From positions 2,535-66,534 of the forward strand of contig JBKDMX010000091.1 in the NCBI GenBank assembly GCA_046343855.1: a stretch of 64,000 nt of DNA, written 5' to 3'. The translations under genes and the position numbers were made by a program. The first letter of the stretch is position 1. Each line of letters begins with the position of its first letter. The stretch comes from Planctomycetia bacterium. GTDB taxonomy: Bacteria; Planctomycetota; Planctomycetia; Pirellulales; UBA1268. Positions 1-8,683 of the stretch are shown here, piece by piece. Under the pieces are notes generated by a model. The model had not been told where the DNA came from, ran no database searches, and saw only the letters and a program-made list of their open reading frames with translations.

Positions 1-173
1 AAGCCGGAATTGACCATGGCCCGCGCGACGCGGTGGGTGCTCTCGCGGATGGCGGCATCGGGCAGGCCGACGAGCACCGTCGATGGCAAGGCGCCGACCG
101 AGACATCGACCTCCACGTCGATCGGCACCGCCTCGATCCCAAACATCGAAAAAGTCTGCAGCCGTGCGAGCAT
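1..173 (-). CDS. YifB/ComM-family Mg-chelatase-like ATPase, N-terminal fragment (continues beyond window)
   Basis: My translation of the minus strand from the ATG at 173-171 gives MLARLQTFSMFGIEAVPIDVEVDVSVGALPSTVLVGLPDAAIRESTHRVARAMVNSG. This resembles the conserved YifB/ComM N-terminus. GGAGG lies 6 nt upstream. It is absent from the ORF track because no stop falls in the window. Confidence 0.55.
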   Translation of the reverse strand, partial: MLARLQTFSMFGIEAVPIDVEVDVSVGALPSTVLVGLPDAAIRESTHRVARAMVNSG

Positions 174-387
174 GATGGCCTCCTTGGTGCGTGCGTGACG
201 CGGTTTTTATGGTGCTCTGCCAAAAAGTGTACATACTTACACACCCCGTGCAAGGGGGCGCATGATGGGCCGCTGCGGGACGGGGCGGCCTGACTGTGGC
301 GGCGGTCTTCTGAGCCGCCTGCTAGGCTGATCGTGGTCGGGGTCGCCGAAGCGGCGACTCGGAGCCAGTTGGCAGCGGAGGAAATCG

Positions 388-3114
388 ATGCGAGCGGGCG
401 CGTGGACGGGAGCAGTGGTGGCGATCGCCGTGGCGTCGGCGTGCGTGGCAGCTCGCGCCGACGAGGGGATGTGGCTCTTCAGCCGGCCGCCACTCGAGCG
501 GATCGAGCGGGATCATGCACAGGCGCTCGGCGGCGCTCGCCTCACACCCGAATGGCTGCTTCATCTGCAGCAGTCGAGCGTGCGGTTCAATTCCGGCGGC
601 TCGGGATCGTTCGTCTCGGCCGACGGCCTCGTGCTCACGAATCACCACGTCGGCGCCGACAGCCTGCAGAAGCTCGGCGACGAGACGCACAACTATTACC
701 GCGACGGCTTCGCTGCCACGTCGCGCGAAGAGGAGCTTCGCTGCCCCGACCTCGAGCTCAACGTGCTCATGTCGATCGAAGACGTGACAAGCCGCGTGGC
801 GGCGGCCGTCAGCCCCGGCATGAAGGCCGAGGATGCCTTTGCGGCGCGGCGGAAGGTGATGGCGGAGATCGAGCAGGAATCGGTGGCGTCCACGGGACTC
901 AGGAGCGATGTCGTCACGCTCTATCGGGGCGGCCGCTACCACCTCTATCGGGCGAAAAAATACACCGACGTGCGGCTCGTCTTCGCGCCGGAGCACCAGA
1001 TCGCGTTTTTCGGCGGCGATGCCGACAACTTCGAATTCCCGCGCTACAACCTCGACGCCTGCTTCTTCCGCGCCTACGAAGACGGACAACCGGCGCGGGT
1101 GCCGCACCACCTCGCCTGGAGCACGAAGAGCGTGCGGGCGGGAGATCTCGTCTTCGTGTCGGGGCATCCCGGCCACACCGATCGCGCGAGCACCGTGCGG
1201 GAGCTCGAGGCAAAGCGCGACCGGCAGGTGCCGTTCTCGCTCGCCGTGCTCAACCGGCTCGAAGTGCTCTATGGCGCCTACGCGGCCGAGGGGCCGGAGG
1301 CGCGGCGGCAGGTGATGGGCGATCTCTTTGGGGTGCAGAACGGTCGCAAGAACCGCGAAGGAGTGCTCGCCGGCCTGCTCGACCCGGCATTGATGGCGCG
1401 GAAGCGGGCGGAAGAATCGCGGCTCCGCGACCTCGTGGCGAAGGCCGCCGACCGGCACTCGGGGCCATCGCCGTTTGAAAGCATCGAGGAGGCCGAGGCG
1501 ACGATCGGCCGCGTGGCGCTGCGGCACAACCTGCTCGAAGGGGCCGTCGGTTTCAACAGTCAGTATTTCACGAACGCGCGGACGATCCTGCGGGCCGCCG
1601 CGGAATCGGCCCGGCCCACAGGCGAGCGGCTCCGCGAATACCGCGACTCCAATCGTGGCTCGCTCGAGCAGCAGCTCTTCTCCCCGGAGCCGCTCTACGA
1701 TCCGCTCGAGATCGCGAAGCTCGCCGACTCGCTGACGTTTCTCGCGACCGCCCTCGGGCCAGACGATCCGACGGTGGCCCGTGTGCTCGCCGGCAAGCCG
1801 CCGCGCGAACGGGCGGCGGAGCTCGTGCGGGGCACGCGGCTCGGCGCCCGCGCGACCGCTGCGGCCGCGGACGACGATCGGCGGCGGCTCTACGAAGGCG
1901 GGCGGCAGGCGGTCGATGCCTCGCGCGATCCGATGCTCCTGCTCGCGAAGGAGATCGACGAGGAGGCCCGCGGCCTCAGAAAGATCGTCGAGACCGCGGG
2001 CGAGGTGAAGCGGCAGGCCCATGCCGAGATCGCGCGGGCCGTCTTCGCCGCCGACGGCGAGAGCGTCTATCCCGATGCCACGTTCACGCTCCGGCTCGCC
2101 TACGGCACCGTGAAGGGCTACGAGCAAGACGGCCGCGAGGTGGCGCCGATCACCACCTATGCCGGGCTCTTCGCGCGGGCCGCGGCGATGAACAACGTGC
2201 CGCCGTTCGATCTGCCCCCGCGCTGGCAGCGGCTGCGGGGGGAGCTCGAGCGGGATGCCGGCTTTCTCGCGACGCCGTTCAACTTCGTCTCGACGGCCGA
2301 CATCATCGGCGGCAATTCCGGCAGCCCCGTCGTAAACCCGCAGGGCCAACTCGTGGGGCTAATCTTCGACGGCAACATCCAGTCGCTCGTCCTCGACCTA
2401 GCCTACGACGACGTGCGGGCCCGCGCTGTGTCGGTCGACGCAGCAGGCATCCTCGCGGCGCTCAAACGGGTCTACCGGGCCGACACGCTTGTCGCCGAAC
2501 TGCTCGGCGGGGCGGCGAGCGACGGCAAAGCGGCCGGCTGGCGGCCCCTGTTCGATGGCCGGTCGCTCGACGGCTGGAAGCCCACCCCGTTTGGCGGCGA
2601 GGGGGAGGTGACCGTCGCCGACGGCGCGATCGCGATCGCGCGGGGCTCCGAGATGAGCGGCATCCCATGGACGAACGACGTTCCCCGGCAGGACTACGAG
2701 ATCGCGCTCGAGGCCCGTCGCGTGGACGGCTTCGACTTCTTCTGCGGCCTCACGTTTCCCGTCGGCGACGACGCTTGCAGCTTCATCGTTGGCGGCTGGG
2801 GCGGCGCCGTGGTGGGCCTCTCGAGCATCGACGGCGCCGATGCGTCGAGCAACGACACGACGTCGATCCGCAGTTTCAAGAATGGCCGCTGGTATGCCGT
2901 GCGGGTGCGGGTTTCGCCCGCGCGGATCGAATGCTTCCTCGACGACGACCGGGTGGTCGATCAGCCGCTCGCCGGCCGCACGCTCTCGATCCGCGACGAG
3001 GTGGTGCCGTCGAAGCCGCTCGGGATCGCGACCTACGCGACCGCGGCCGAAGTCCGCGGCATCCGCTGGCGTCCGCTCGGAGGCAGCGCTCGTGCCGAGG
3101 AACAGAAGCCATGA
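388..3114 (+). CDS. S46-family (DPP7/DPP11-like) serine peptidase with C-terminal DUF1080 (3-keto-disaccharide hydrolase-like) domain
   Basis: 908-aa ORF. Signal peptide followed by DEGMWLF, typical of S46 N-termini; GGNSGSPV serine motif near residue 650. The C-terminal ~190 aa (GWRPLFDGRSLDGWKPT...VRGIRWRPL) look like DUF1080. GGAGG lies upstream of the ATG. Confidence 0.85.
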   Translation: MRAGAWTGAVVAIAVASACVAARADEGMWLFSRPPLERIERDHAQALGGARLTPEWLLHLQQSSVRFNSGGSGSFVSADGLVLTNHHVGADSLQKLGDETHNYYRDGFAATSREEELRCPDLELNVLMSIEDVTSRVAAAVSPGMKAEDAFAARRKVMAEIEQESVASTGLRSDVVTLYRGGRYHLYRAKKYTDVRLVFAPEHQIAFFGGDADNFEFPRYNLDACFFRAYEDGQPARVPHHLAWSTKSVRAGDLVFVSGHPGHTDRASTVRELEAKRDRQVPFSLAVLNRLEVLYGAYAAEGPEARRQVMGDLFGVQNGRKNREGVLAGLLDPALMARKRAEESRLRDLVAKAADRHSGPSPFESIEEAEATIGRVALRHNLLEGAVGFNSQYFTNARTILRAAAESARPTGERLREYRDSNRGSLEQQLFSPEPLYDPLEIAKLADSLTFLATALGPDDPTVARVLAGKPPRERAAELVRGTRLGARATAAAADDDRRRLYEGGRQAVDASRDPMLLLAKEIDEEARGLRKIVETAGEVKRQAHAEIARAVFAADGESVYPDATFTLRLAYGTVKGYEQDGREVAPITTYAGLFARAAAMNNVPPFDLPPRWQRLRGELERDAGFLATPFNFVSTADIIGGNSGSPVVNPQGQLVGLIFDGNIQSLVLDLAYDDVRARAVSVDAAGILAALKRVYRADTLVAELLGGAASDGKAAGWRPLFDGRSLDGWKPTPFGGEGEVTVADGAIAIARGSEMSGIPWTNDVPRQDYEIALEARRVDGFDFFCGLTFPVGDDACSFIVGGWGGAVVGLSSIDGADASSNDTTSIRSFKNGRWYAVRVRVSPARIECFLDDDRVVDQPLAGRTLSIRDEVVPSKPLGIATYATAAEVRGIRWRPLGGSARAEEQKP

Positions 3115-3863
3115 CAACGCCCGATCGCCCAGCCGACCATGCGTCTTTCCCCGACAATCCATCGGGCGGCACCGGGGCCGAGAAACTCCGCCGTCGGATC
3201 GCCGAGGAGGCCGCGCGGATCGTGAGCCACGGCGGCGATTCGAAGCGGGCGCGGTATCGCGCGGCCCGCCGCCTGGCCCGCGGCTGGGTGCCCGAGGAGG
3301 ATCTGCCGACGCACGACGAGGTGCGGCGCGAGCTCGGCCCCCATGCGGCCGGCGCGTCGACGGGTGATGTTCCCGCGCCGGTCGGCTTCGCCCATCTGAC
3401 GGGCGACCGGTTCGATCAGATCGCCGACCTCGTCCGCGTGCTCGCGACGGTTCGGCAGGATCCGCTCAAGCATCCCGAGGGCGACGCCCTCGATCACGCG
3501 CTCCAGGTCTTCGACCGCGTCCACGAGGAGCGGCCGTTCGACGAGGAGCTGCTTACGGCGGCGCTCGTGCACGAGGTGGGCCGCGTGATCGACCGCGGCA
3601 ACCAGGTGGCGGCGGGGCTCGAAGCGCTCGGCGACCTCGTCACGCCGCGGACGCGGTGGCTCGTCGAATCGCTCGAGGCCGCGCATGCGCATGCCGACAA
3701 CACGCTCGGCCTGCGGGCCCGCCATCGGCTGGAAGCGCACCCCGACTTTCTCGACGTGCTCCTCCTGGCCGAGGCCGATCGCCGCTCGCGCGTCCGCGGC
3801 TACGACGCGCCATCGCTTGAAGAGGCAATCGCGATCCTGCGCGGCCTCGAGCAGGACCAGTAG
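3111..3863 (+). CDS. HD-domain-like hypothetical protein
   Basis: The internal ATG at 3111 overlaps the upstream stop (ATGA). It has HD-like motifs (DALDHALQV ... LVHEVGRVID) and an Arg-rich helical N-terminus. Its TAG stop lies inside the REP-like element. Confidence 0.6.
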   Translation: MTTPDRPADHASFPDNPSGGTGAEKLRRRIAEEAARIVSHGGDSKRARYRAARRLARGWVPEEDLPTHDEVRRELGPHAAGASTGDVPAPVGFAHLTGDRFDQIADLVRVLATVRQDPLKHPEGDALDHALQVFDRVHEERPFDEELLTAALVHEVGRVIDRGNQVAAGLEALGDLVTPRTRWLVESLEAAHAHADNTLGLRARHRLEAHPDFLDVLLLAEADRRSRVRGYDAPSLEEAIAILRGLEQDQ

Positions 3864-3947
3864 GACAGGCTTCAACCTGCCACAGAAAACGCCAAGTAGA
3901 CCGCTTGCTCCAAAGGAGACTACTTGACAGGCTGAAGCCTGTCCTAC
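3860..3947. repeat. REP-like hairpin element, type 1, outward-facing pair (degenerate left unit 3860-3881, right unit 3926-3947)
   Basis: gtaggacaggcttcaacctgcc ... gacaggctgaagcctgtcctac. Lies between two convergent genes and contains both of their TAG stops. Confidence 0.8.
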
Positions 3948-4567
3948 GTGGGCGGAATGCCGTCGAGGGCGGCGCGGATTGCTTCGCGGGCCTCGCGCCA
4001 GCGGGTCTTCACTGTGCGCTCCGAGCAGCCGACGATCCCGGCGATCGTCTTCTGATCGGCGCCGAGATACCAGACGAGATGAAACACTTCGCGGCATTCA
4101 TCCGGAAGCCGCTCCACGGCGGCGTGGAATTCCTCCCAGCGGTCGAGCGGCGCGGCGGCGTCGGCCGCGCGATCCACGTGCCGCGGCGCGTCGTCGCGAT
4201 CCGGGCCGCGGATCACGTTCGTGCCGTGGTTTGCCGCATAGGAGGCGGGGCCGGCGTGCTTTCTGGCGAGATCGATCAGCTCGCGATGCAGCTGCGTCGC
4301 CGCCAGCGCCATGACCGACCGCGGGGCGGTGCGGCCGAGCTGGCCGAGCGCGCGGTGCAGCCGCAGCGCTGCATTTTGAAAAACGTCGTCGGTGTCGTCC
4401 CAGCGGCGCACGGTGGGAAAGCGGCGGAGCATCCGATGGGCCAGGCTTCGCAGCCGGCCGGCGCAGCGCTCGATGATCCGGTCGCGGGCGGAGAGGTCGC
4501 CGGCGGCCAGCCGCGCAAGGCAGTCCGCCAATTCGGAGTCGAGCGTGTCTTCGGGCTCCATCGCCAT
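3944..4567 (-). CDS. ECF-type RNA polymerase sigma factor
   Basis: 207 aa. Region 2 (DDTDDVFQNAALRLHRAL) and region 4 HTH (DQKTIAGIVGCSERTVKTRWREAR). The layout is typical of planctomycete ECF sigma factors. Confidence 0.9.
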   Translation of the reverse strand: MAMEPEDTLDSELADCLARLAAGDLSARDRIIERCAGRLRSLAHRMLRRFPTVRRWDDTDDVFQNAALRLHRALGQLGRTAPRSVMALAATQLHRELIDLARKHAGPASYAANHGTNVIRGPDRDDAPRHVDRAADAAAPLDRWEEFHAAVERLPDECREVFHLVWYLGADQKTIAGIVGCSERTVKTRWREAREAIRAALDGIPPT

Positions 4568-4596
4568 GTGTGTCGCCGCGGTTGCCGGTGGGCCCC

Positions 4597-4640
4597 GAGT
4601 CTACCGGACGCTGCTTCGGGCGGCTGCGGTCGGTAGACTC
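4597..4640. promoter_or_regulatory. 10-bp inverted repeat (GAGTCTACCG / CGGTAGACTC) in the sigma/kinase divergent intergenic region
   Basis: Perfect 10-bp arms at 4597-4606 and 4631-4640. The right arm ends 5 nt before the kinase ATG. Confidence 0.3.
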
Positions 4641-4645
4641 CTGCC

Positions 4646-7600
4646 ATGTTTCATGGCGACCGTACTGACGACTCCGGCGACGCGGCCGCTTCACGGCTGA
4701 CGGGCTCCTCCGATCCGTTCGGCTTCGTCCCGGACGAGATCGAGGAACTGCCTGCCGGCACCGACGTGGGCGGCCTGCGGATCGTGCGGCTCGTCGGCGA
4801 GGGGGGGATGGGCCGCGTCTACGAGGCGGAGCAGGAGGCGCCCCGGCGCACGGTCGCGGTGAAATTCATGCGCGGCGGCCTCGTCTCGCCGGCGGCCGTG
4901 CGGCGGTTCGAGCGCGAGGCCGACGTGCTCGCGCGGCTGCGGCATCCCCACGTCGCGCAGATCCATGCGGTCGGCACGCTCGTCCGCGAGGGGCTCGCCA
5001 CGCCCTACCTCGTCATCGAATTCATTCCCGATGCCTTGACGATCACGCGGCATGCAATCGAGCGCGGGCTGACGGTGCGGGAGCGGGTGCGGCTCTTTCG
5101 GCTGGCCTGTGCGGCGGTGGCCCACGGGCATGCGAGCGGCGTGATCCATCGCGATCTCAAGCCCGGCAACATTCTCGTGGGCTCAGACGGCCTGCCGAAG
5201 GTGATCGACTTCGGCATCGCGCATGCGGCGACCGCCGGCGACACGGTGGCCCGCACGGCCGCCGGTGAGCTCCTCGGCACGCTCGACTCGATGAGCCCCG
5301 AGCAGCTCGGCGCGGTGCCCGGCGACCCGGCCGCATCGGTCGACGCCCGCACCGACGTCTACGCGCTCGGCCTCGTGTTGCGCGACCTGCTGGCCGGCGA
5401 ATCCACGGAGATGGTCGTCGGGCTGCTCGACGCGCCACGAATCATCGCCTCGCGGAGCGAGCGCGGCCGGGCGGCCGTCGCGCGGGCCTGCGGCCGCGAC
5501 CCGAGCATCCGGGTGGCCGACGCCAAAAGCCTGGCGGCGTTGGTCGGAAAATGCCTCGAGCCGCTGCCGGCCGGCCGGTATGACTCGGCCGCGGAGCTGG
5601 CGGCCGATCTCGACCGCTGGCTCGCCGACGAGCCCACGCGGGCGCGGCCGCCGGCCTGGCACGAATCGGCGCGGCGGTGGGCGCGGCGGCACCGCGCCGC
5701 GGCGGTCGCGGCCTTCGGCATCGCCTCGGCCGCGGCCATCGGGCTCGTCGTGAGCGGCGCCTTCTATGCGGAGTCGGTCGGGCAGCGGCGCGTGGCGGAG
5801 GAGCAGCTCTACCTCGCGACCGTCGCCCGCGCCGCCGACGCCAGCGACCGCGACAATGTCGCCGATGCAGTGAGGCTGCTTTCCGAAGCCCGCAGTCTCG
5901 CGCGAACGCGGGCCACCGCGGATCGCCCCGCGCGGGAGCCGATCGAGCTGGCCTGCCTCGCGGCCCTGCTCGACGATTCGGTGGACATGCTGCCGGGTCA
6001 TGCCGGCGGCCTTGCGACCGTGGCCGTGTCGGCCGACGGAGCGTGGGCGGTGACGGGCGGTGTCGACGGCACTGCGCGGGTCTGGCGGCTGGGCGACCGC
6101 GGCAACGCGGCTGTCGTGTTGCGCGGCCATGAGAAGGCGATCTGGGGGATCGGGTTTTCACCCGACGCCAAGATGGTCGCCACGGGCGGCGCCGACAAGA
6201 CGGTGCGGCTCTGGGAGTCGGCCACCGGCAGGCCGCTCGCCACGCTCCGCGGCCACACCGGCACGGTCTATTCCGTCGAGTTCACGCCCGACGGCCGCAG
6301 CGTGCTCAGCGGCGCCCGCGACAAGACGGTGCGGCTCTGGGACGTGGCGACGCGGCAGACGACGCGGGTCTTCACCGGCCACGAGGGAACCGTCTATTCC
6401 GTGGCGATCACGGGGGATGGCGCGCGGATGGCGACCGCGTCGCTCGACAAGACGGTGCGGCTCTGGAATCTCTCGACAGGGGACGAAGAGGGCCGGCTCG
6501 AGGGGCACGCGCAGCGGGTCTTTTCCGTGGCCTTCTCGCGCGACGCCGCGCGGCTCGCGACCGCCTCGCTCGACGGCACCGCGCGACTCTGGGACGCGGG
6601 GAGTTGCAAAGAGCTCGCCAGGCTCGAGCATCCCGTGCGGGTGAACGCCGTCGCGTTTTCTCCCGACGGGCGGTTCGTCGCCACGGCGGCAGGCGACACG
6701 CTGCTGCGAATCTGGAACACGGCCGACGGCCGCGAGGTGCGACGCATGCGCGGCCACGAAGACTGGATCTGGGCCGTCGCCGCGCTGCCCGAGCACAATC
6801 GTTTCCTGACGGCATCGGCCGACGCGACGGCGCGGGTCTTCGACATCGCCGATGGCGACGCGATCATGCGGTCGCGCGATCGCGTGCTCACAGTCGCCTT
6901 CGATCGGGCGGGTGGCCGGCTGGCCGTGGGCTCGGCCGACGGCGGCCTGGCTGTGTGGGATGCCGCCACCTGCCGCGAGCGTGTGCGGAAGGATCTGGCC
7001 GCGGGCCGCGTGAACGGCGTGTCGTTCTCCCCCGACGGAGGCCTGCTCGCGGCGGCCTGCGACGAGGCGGTGGTGCTCCTCACGCAGGATGCCGACGGGC
7101 TTCGGGAGTCAGTCCGGCTCGAAGGAACCGCGGCACACAGGGGCCGCGTGCATTCGGCGGTGTTTTCCGCCGGCGGCGAGCAGCTTCTCACGGCGTCGGC
7201 CGACAAAACGGCGCGGCTCTGGAACATCCGCGCGCGGAGGGAAGTCGCGCGGTTTCGTCATCCGCGCCGTGTCTTCGCCGCCGCTTTTTCCCCCGACGGC
7301 TCGCGGGTGGCCACCGCCTGCGAGGATGCAAGAGTGCGATTCTTTCCGGTCGGCGGCGGCGACGCGGTCGCAGAGCTCGCCGGGCATGGCAAGCAGGTCA
7401 ATTGGCTCGCGTTTGCGCCCGATGGCTCGGCGCTGGCGACGGTTTCGTCGGATGCGACGGCGAGGATCTGGCCGCTCTCCCGCTCCGGGGAGGTGCGCGG
7501 CCGCGAACCGCGGGTGTTGCAGAACGCCGCCGCGCAGCTCTGGAAAGTGGATTGGTCGCCCGACTCGAGCCGCTTGGCGGCGGCGTCGGCCGATGGTGGC

Positions 7601-7777
7601 GTGCATCTGTGGGATGCGGCAAGCGGCCAGCAGCTGATGGTGCTGCGCGGGCATGCGGACGAGGTCTGGGCCGTCGCGTTTGCGCCGGACGGCGCCACGC
7701 TCTGCAGTGGGTCGGACGACCGGACGACGCGGATGTGGGGGCTCGCGCCGGCGGCGCTGGCGGCGCGGCGGTTTTGA
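4646..7777 (+). CDS. Ser/Thr protein kinase with one predicted TM segment and about 14 WD40 repeats
   Basis: Hanks kinase motifs (GEGGMGRVY, VAVKF, HRDLKPGNIL, DFGIA); a hydrophobic segment (AAAVAAFGIASAAAIGLVVSGAF); then 14 units of the type GHxxxVxxVAFSPDGxxxATASxDxTxRLWD. Confidence 0.9.
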   Translation: MFHGDRTDDSGDAAASRLTGSSDPFGFVPDEIEELPAGTDVGGLRIVRLVGEGGMGRVYEAEQEAPRRTVAVKFMRGGLVSPAAVRRFEREADVLARLRHPHVAQIHAVGTLVREGLATPYLVIEFIPDALTITRHAIERGLTVRERVRLFRLACAAVAHGHASGVIHRDLKPGNILVGSDGLPKVIDFGIAHAATAGDTVARTAAGELLGTLDSMSPEQLGAVPGDPAASVDARTDVYALGLVLRDLLAGESTEMVVGLLDAPRIIASRSERGRAAVARACGRDPSIRVADAKSLAALVGKCLEPLPAGRYDSAAELAADLDRWLADEPTRARPPAWHESARRWARRHRAAAVAAFGIASAAAIGLVVSGAFYAESVGQRRVAEEQLYLATVARAADASDRDNVADAVRLLSEARSLARTRATADRPAREPIELACLAALLDDSVDMLPGHAGGLATVAVSADGAWAVTGGVDGTARVWRLGDRGNAAVVLRGHEKAIWGIGFSPDAKMVATGGADKTVRLWESATGRPLATLRGHTGTVYSVEFTPDGRSVLSGARDKTVRLWDVATRQTTRVFTGHEGTVYSVAITGDGARMATASLDKTVRLWNLSTGDEEGRLEGHAQRVFSVAFSRDAARLATASLDGTARLWDAGSCKELARLEHPVRVNAVAFSPDGRFVATAAGDTLLRIWNTADGREVRRMRGHEDWIWAVAALPEHNRFLTASADATARVFDIADGDAIMRSRDRVLTVAFDRAGGRLAVGSADGGLAVWDAATCRERVRKDLAAGRVNGVSFSPDGGLLAAACDEAVVLLTQDADGLRESVRLEGTAAHRGRVHSAVFSAGGEQLLTASADKTARLWNIRARREVARFRHPRRVFAAAFSPDGSRVATACEDARVRFFPVGGGDAVAELAGHGKQVNWLAFAPDGSALATVSSDATARIWPLSRSGEVRGREPRVLQNAAAQLWKVDWSPDSSRLAAASADGGVHLWDAASGQQLMVLRGHADEVWAVAFAPDGATLCSGSDDRTTRMWGLAPAALAARRF

Positions 7778-7797
7778 CAGGCTGAAGCCTGTCCTAC
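7776..7797. repeat. REP-like hairpin element, type 1, single unit
   Basis: gacaggctgaagcctgtcctac. Overlaps the TGA of the kinase gene (7775-7777) and the TAG of the aldolase gene (7794-7796, minus strand). Confidence 0.85.
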
Positions 7798-8609
7798 CGC
7801 TTGCCGCTGCGGCGGGGGCGCTTCATCGGCGGCGGGGCCTTGAAGGCGCGGCGGACGACGCCCGTCTGCTTCCAGGTCGATTTGAAGACGTCGTTGGCGC
7901 CGATGTCGCAGTCGGCGTGGGCCTCGTCGAGCCGCGGGTCGGTGAAGCCCCACTTCTGCTTGAGTTCGAGCAGTTCGAACGACTTCTGCGCCGAGAGGTA
8001 TTCGACGTTGCCGAGCTGCTTCGCGAGCATCAGGATCCGGCAGTAGGCGTCGAGGATCTCGGTCCACCAGTAGGCCTTCTCCACCGTCTCCCCGAAGCTC
8101 ACCGTGCCGTGGTTGGCCAGGAGCAGCACGCTGCAATCCTTCACGAACGGCTTCACGGTGTCGGCGAACTTCTGATTGCCAGGTGTCTCGTAGACCGTGA
8201 TCGGCGCGTCGCCGAGAAAGATCTCCACTTCGGGGAGGACACACTGCGGGATCGGCTCGCGGGCGACGGCGAAGGCCGTGGCGTGTGGCGGATGGCAATG
8301 CACCACGCTCCGCACGTCGGGCCGCTCCTTCATGATCGTCAGATGCAGCAGGATCTCGCTCGATCGGCGGCGCTTGCCCGAGATCTGGTTGCCTTCCATG
8401 TCGACGATGCAGAGGTCGGCGGGCGTCATGAAGCCCTTCGAGACCATCGTCGGGGTGCAGAGCACCTTGTTCGGTCCGAGGCGATAGGAAATGTTGCCGT
8501 CGTTGCCGGCCGCGAAGCCCTTGTTGTAGATGCGACGGCCGATGTCGCAGATCTCCTCCTTCAGTTGGGCGAGCGAGGGGGCTGCGGGCGAGCGAGACTT
8601 TTTGGCCAT
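7794..8609 (-). CDS. Class II aldolase/adducin-family protein
   Basis: 271 aa. Contains AAGNDGNISYRL, HCHPPHATAF and LLANHGTVSFG motifs of the fuculose-phosphate-aldolase fold, plus a ~60-aa basic C-terminal extension. Confidence 0.85.
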   Translation of the reverse strand: MAKKSRSPAAPSLAQLKEEICDIGRRIYNKGFAAGNDGNISYRLGPNKVLCTPTMVSKGFMTPADLCIVDMEGNQISGKRRRSSEILLHLTIMKERPDVRSVVHCHPPHATAFAVAREPIPQCVLPEVEIFLGDAPITVYETPGNQKFADTVKPFVKDCSVLLLANHGTVSFGETVEKAYWWTEILDAYCRILMLAKQLGNVEYLSAQKSFELLELKQKWGFTDPRLDEAHADCDIGANDVFKSTWKQTGVVRRAFKAPPPMKRPRRSGKR

Positions 8610-8683
8610 CGGGGAAATGCTCCAGGGAGGGGAATTTGCGAACTGGTTTGTATCGGAAGAAGGATCGTGGCGTGAAGGGGTCG

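Noticed and set aside
322-2349. 675-aa minus-strand ORF antisense to the S46 peptidase gene (similar cases: 333-1478 and 2398-3162)
   Set aside because: Arg/Pro/Gly/Ala-rich with no recognisable motifs, and fully overlapped by a well-supported gene. Typical shadow ORF of GC-rich DNA.
3893-3905. Short motif AGTAGACC(GC), also at 12837-12848 and 43331-43340, with the related GAGTCTACC at 4597
   Set aside because: Only 8-11 nt are shared, contexts are mixed (gene ends and gene starts), and the match is too short to separate from chance without a genome-wide count.
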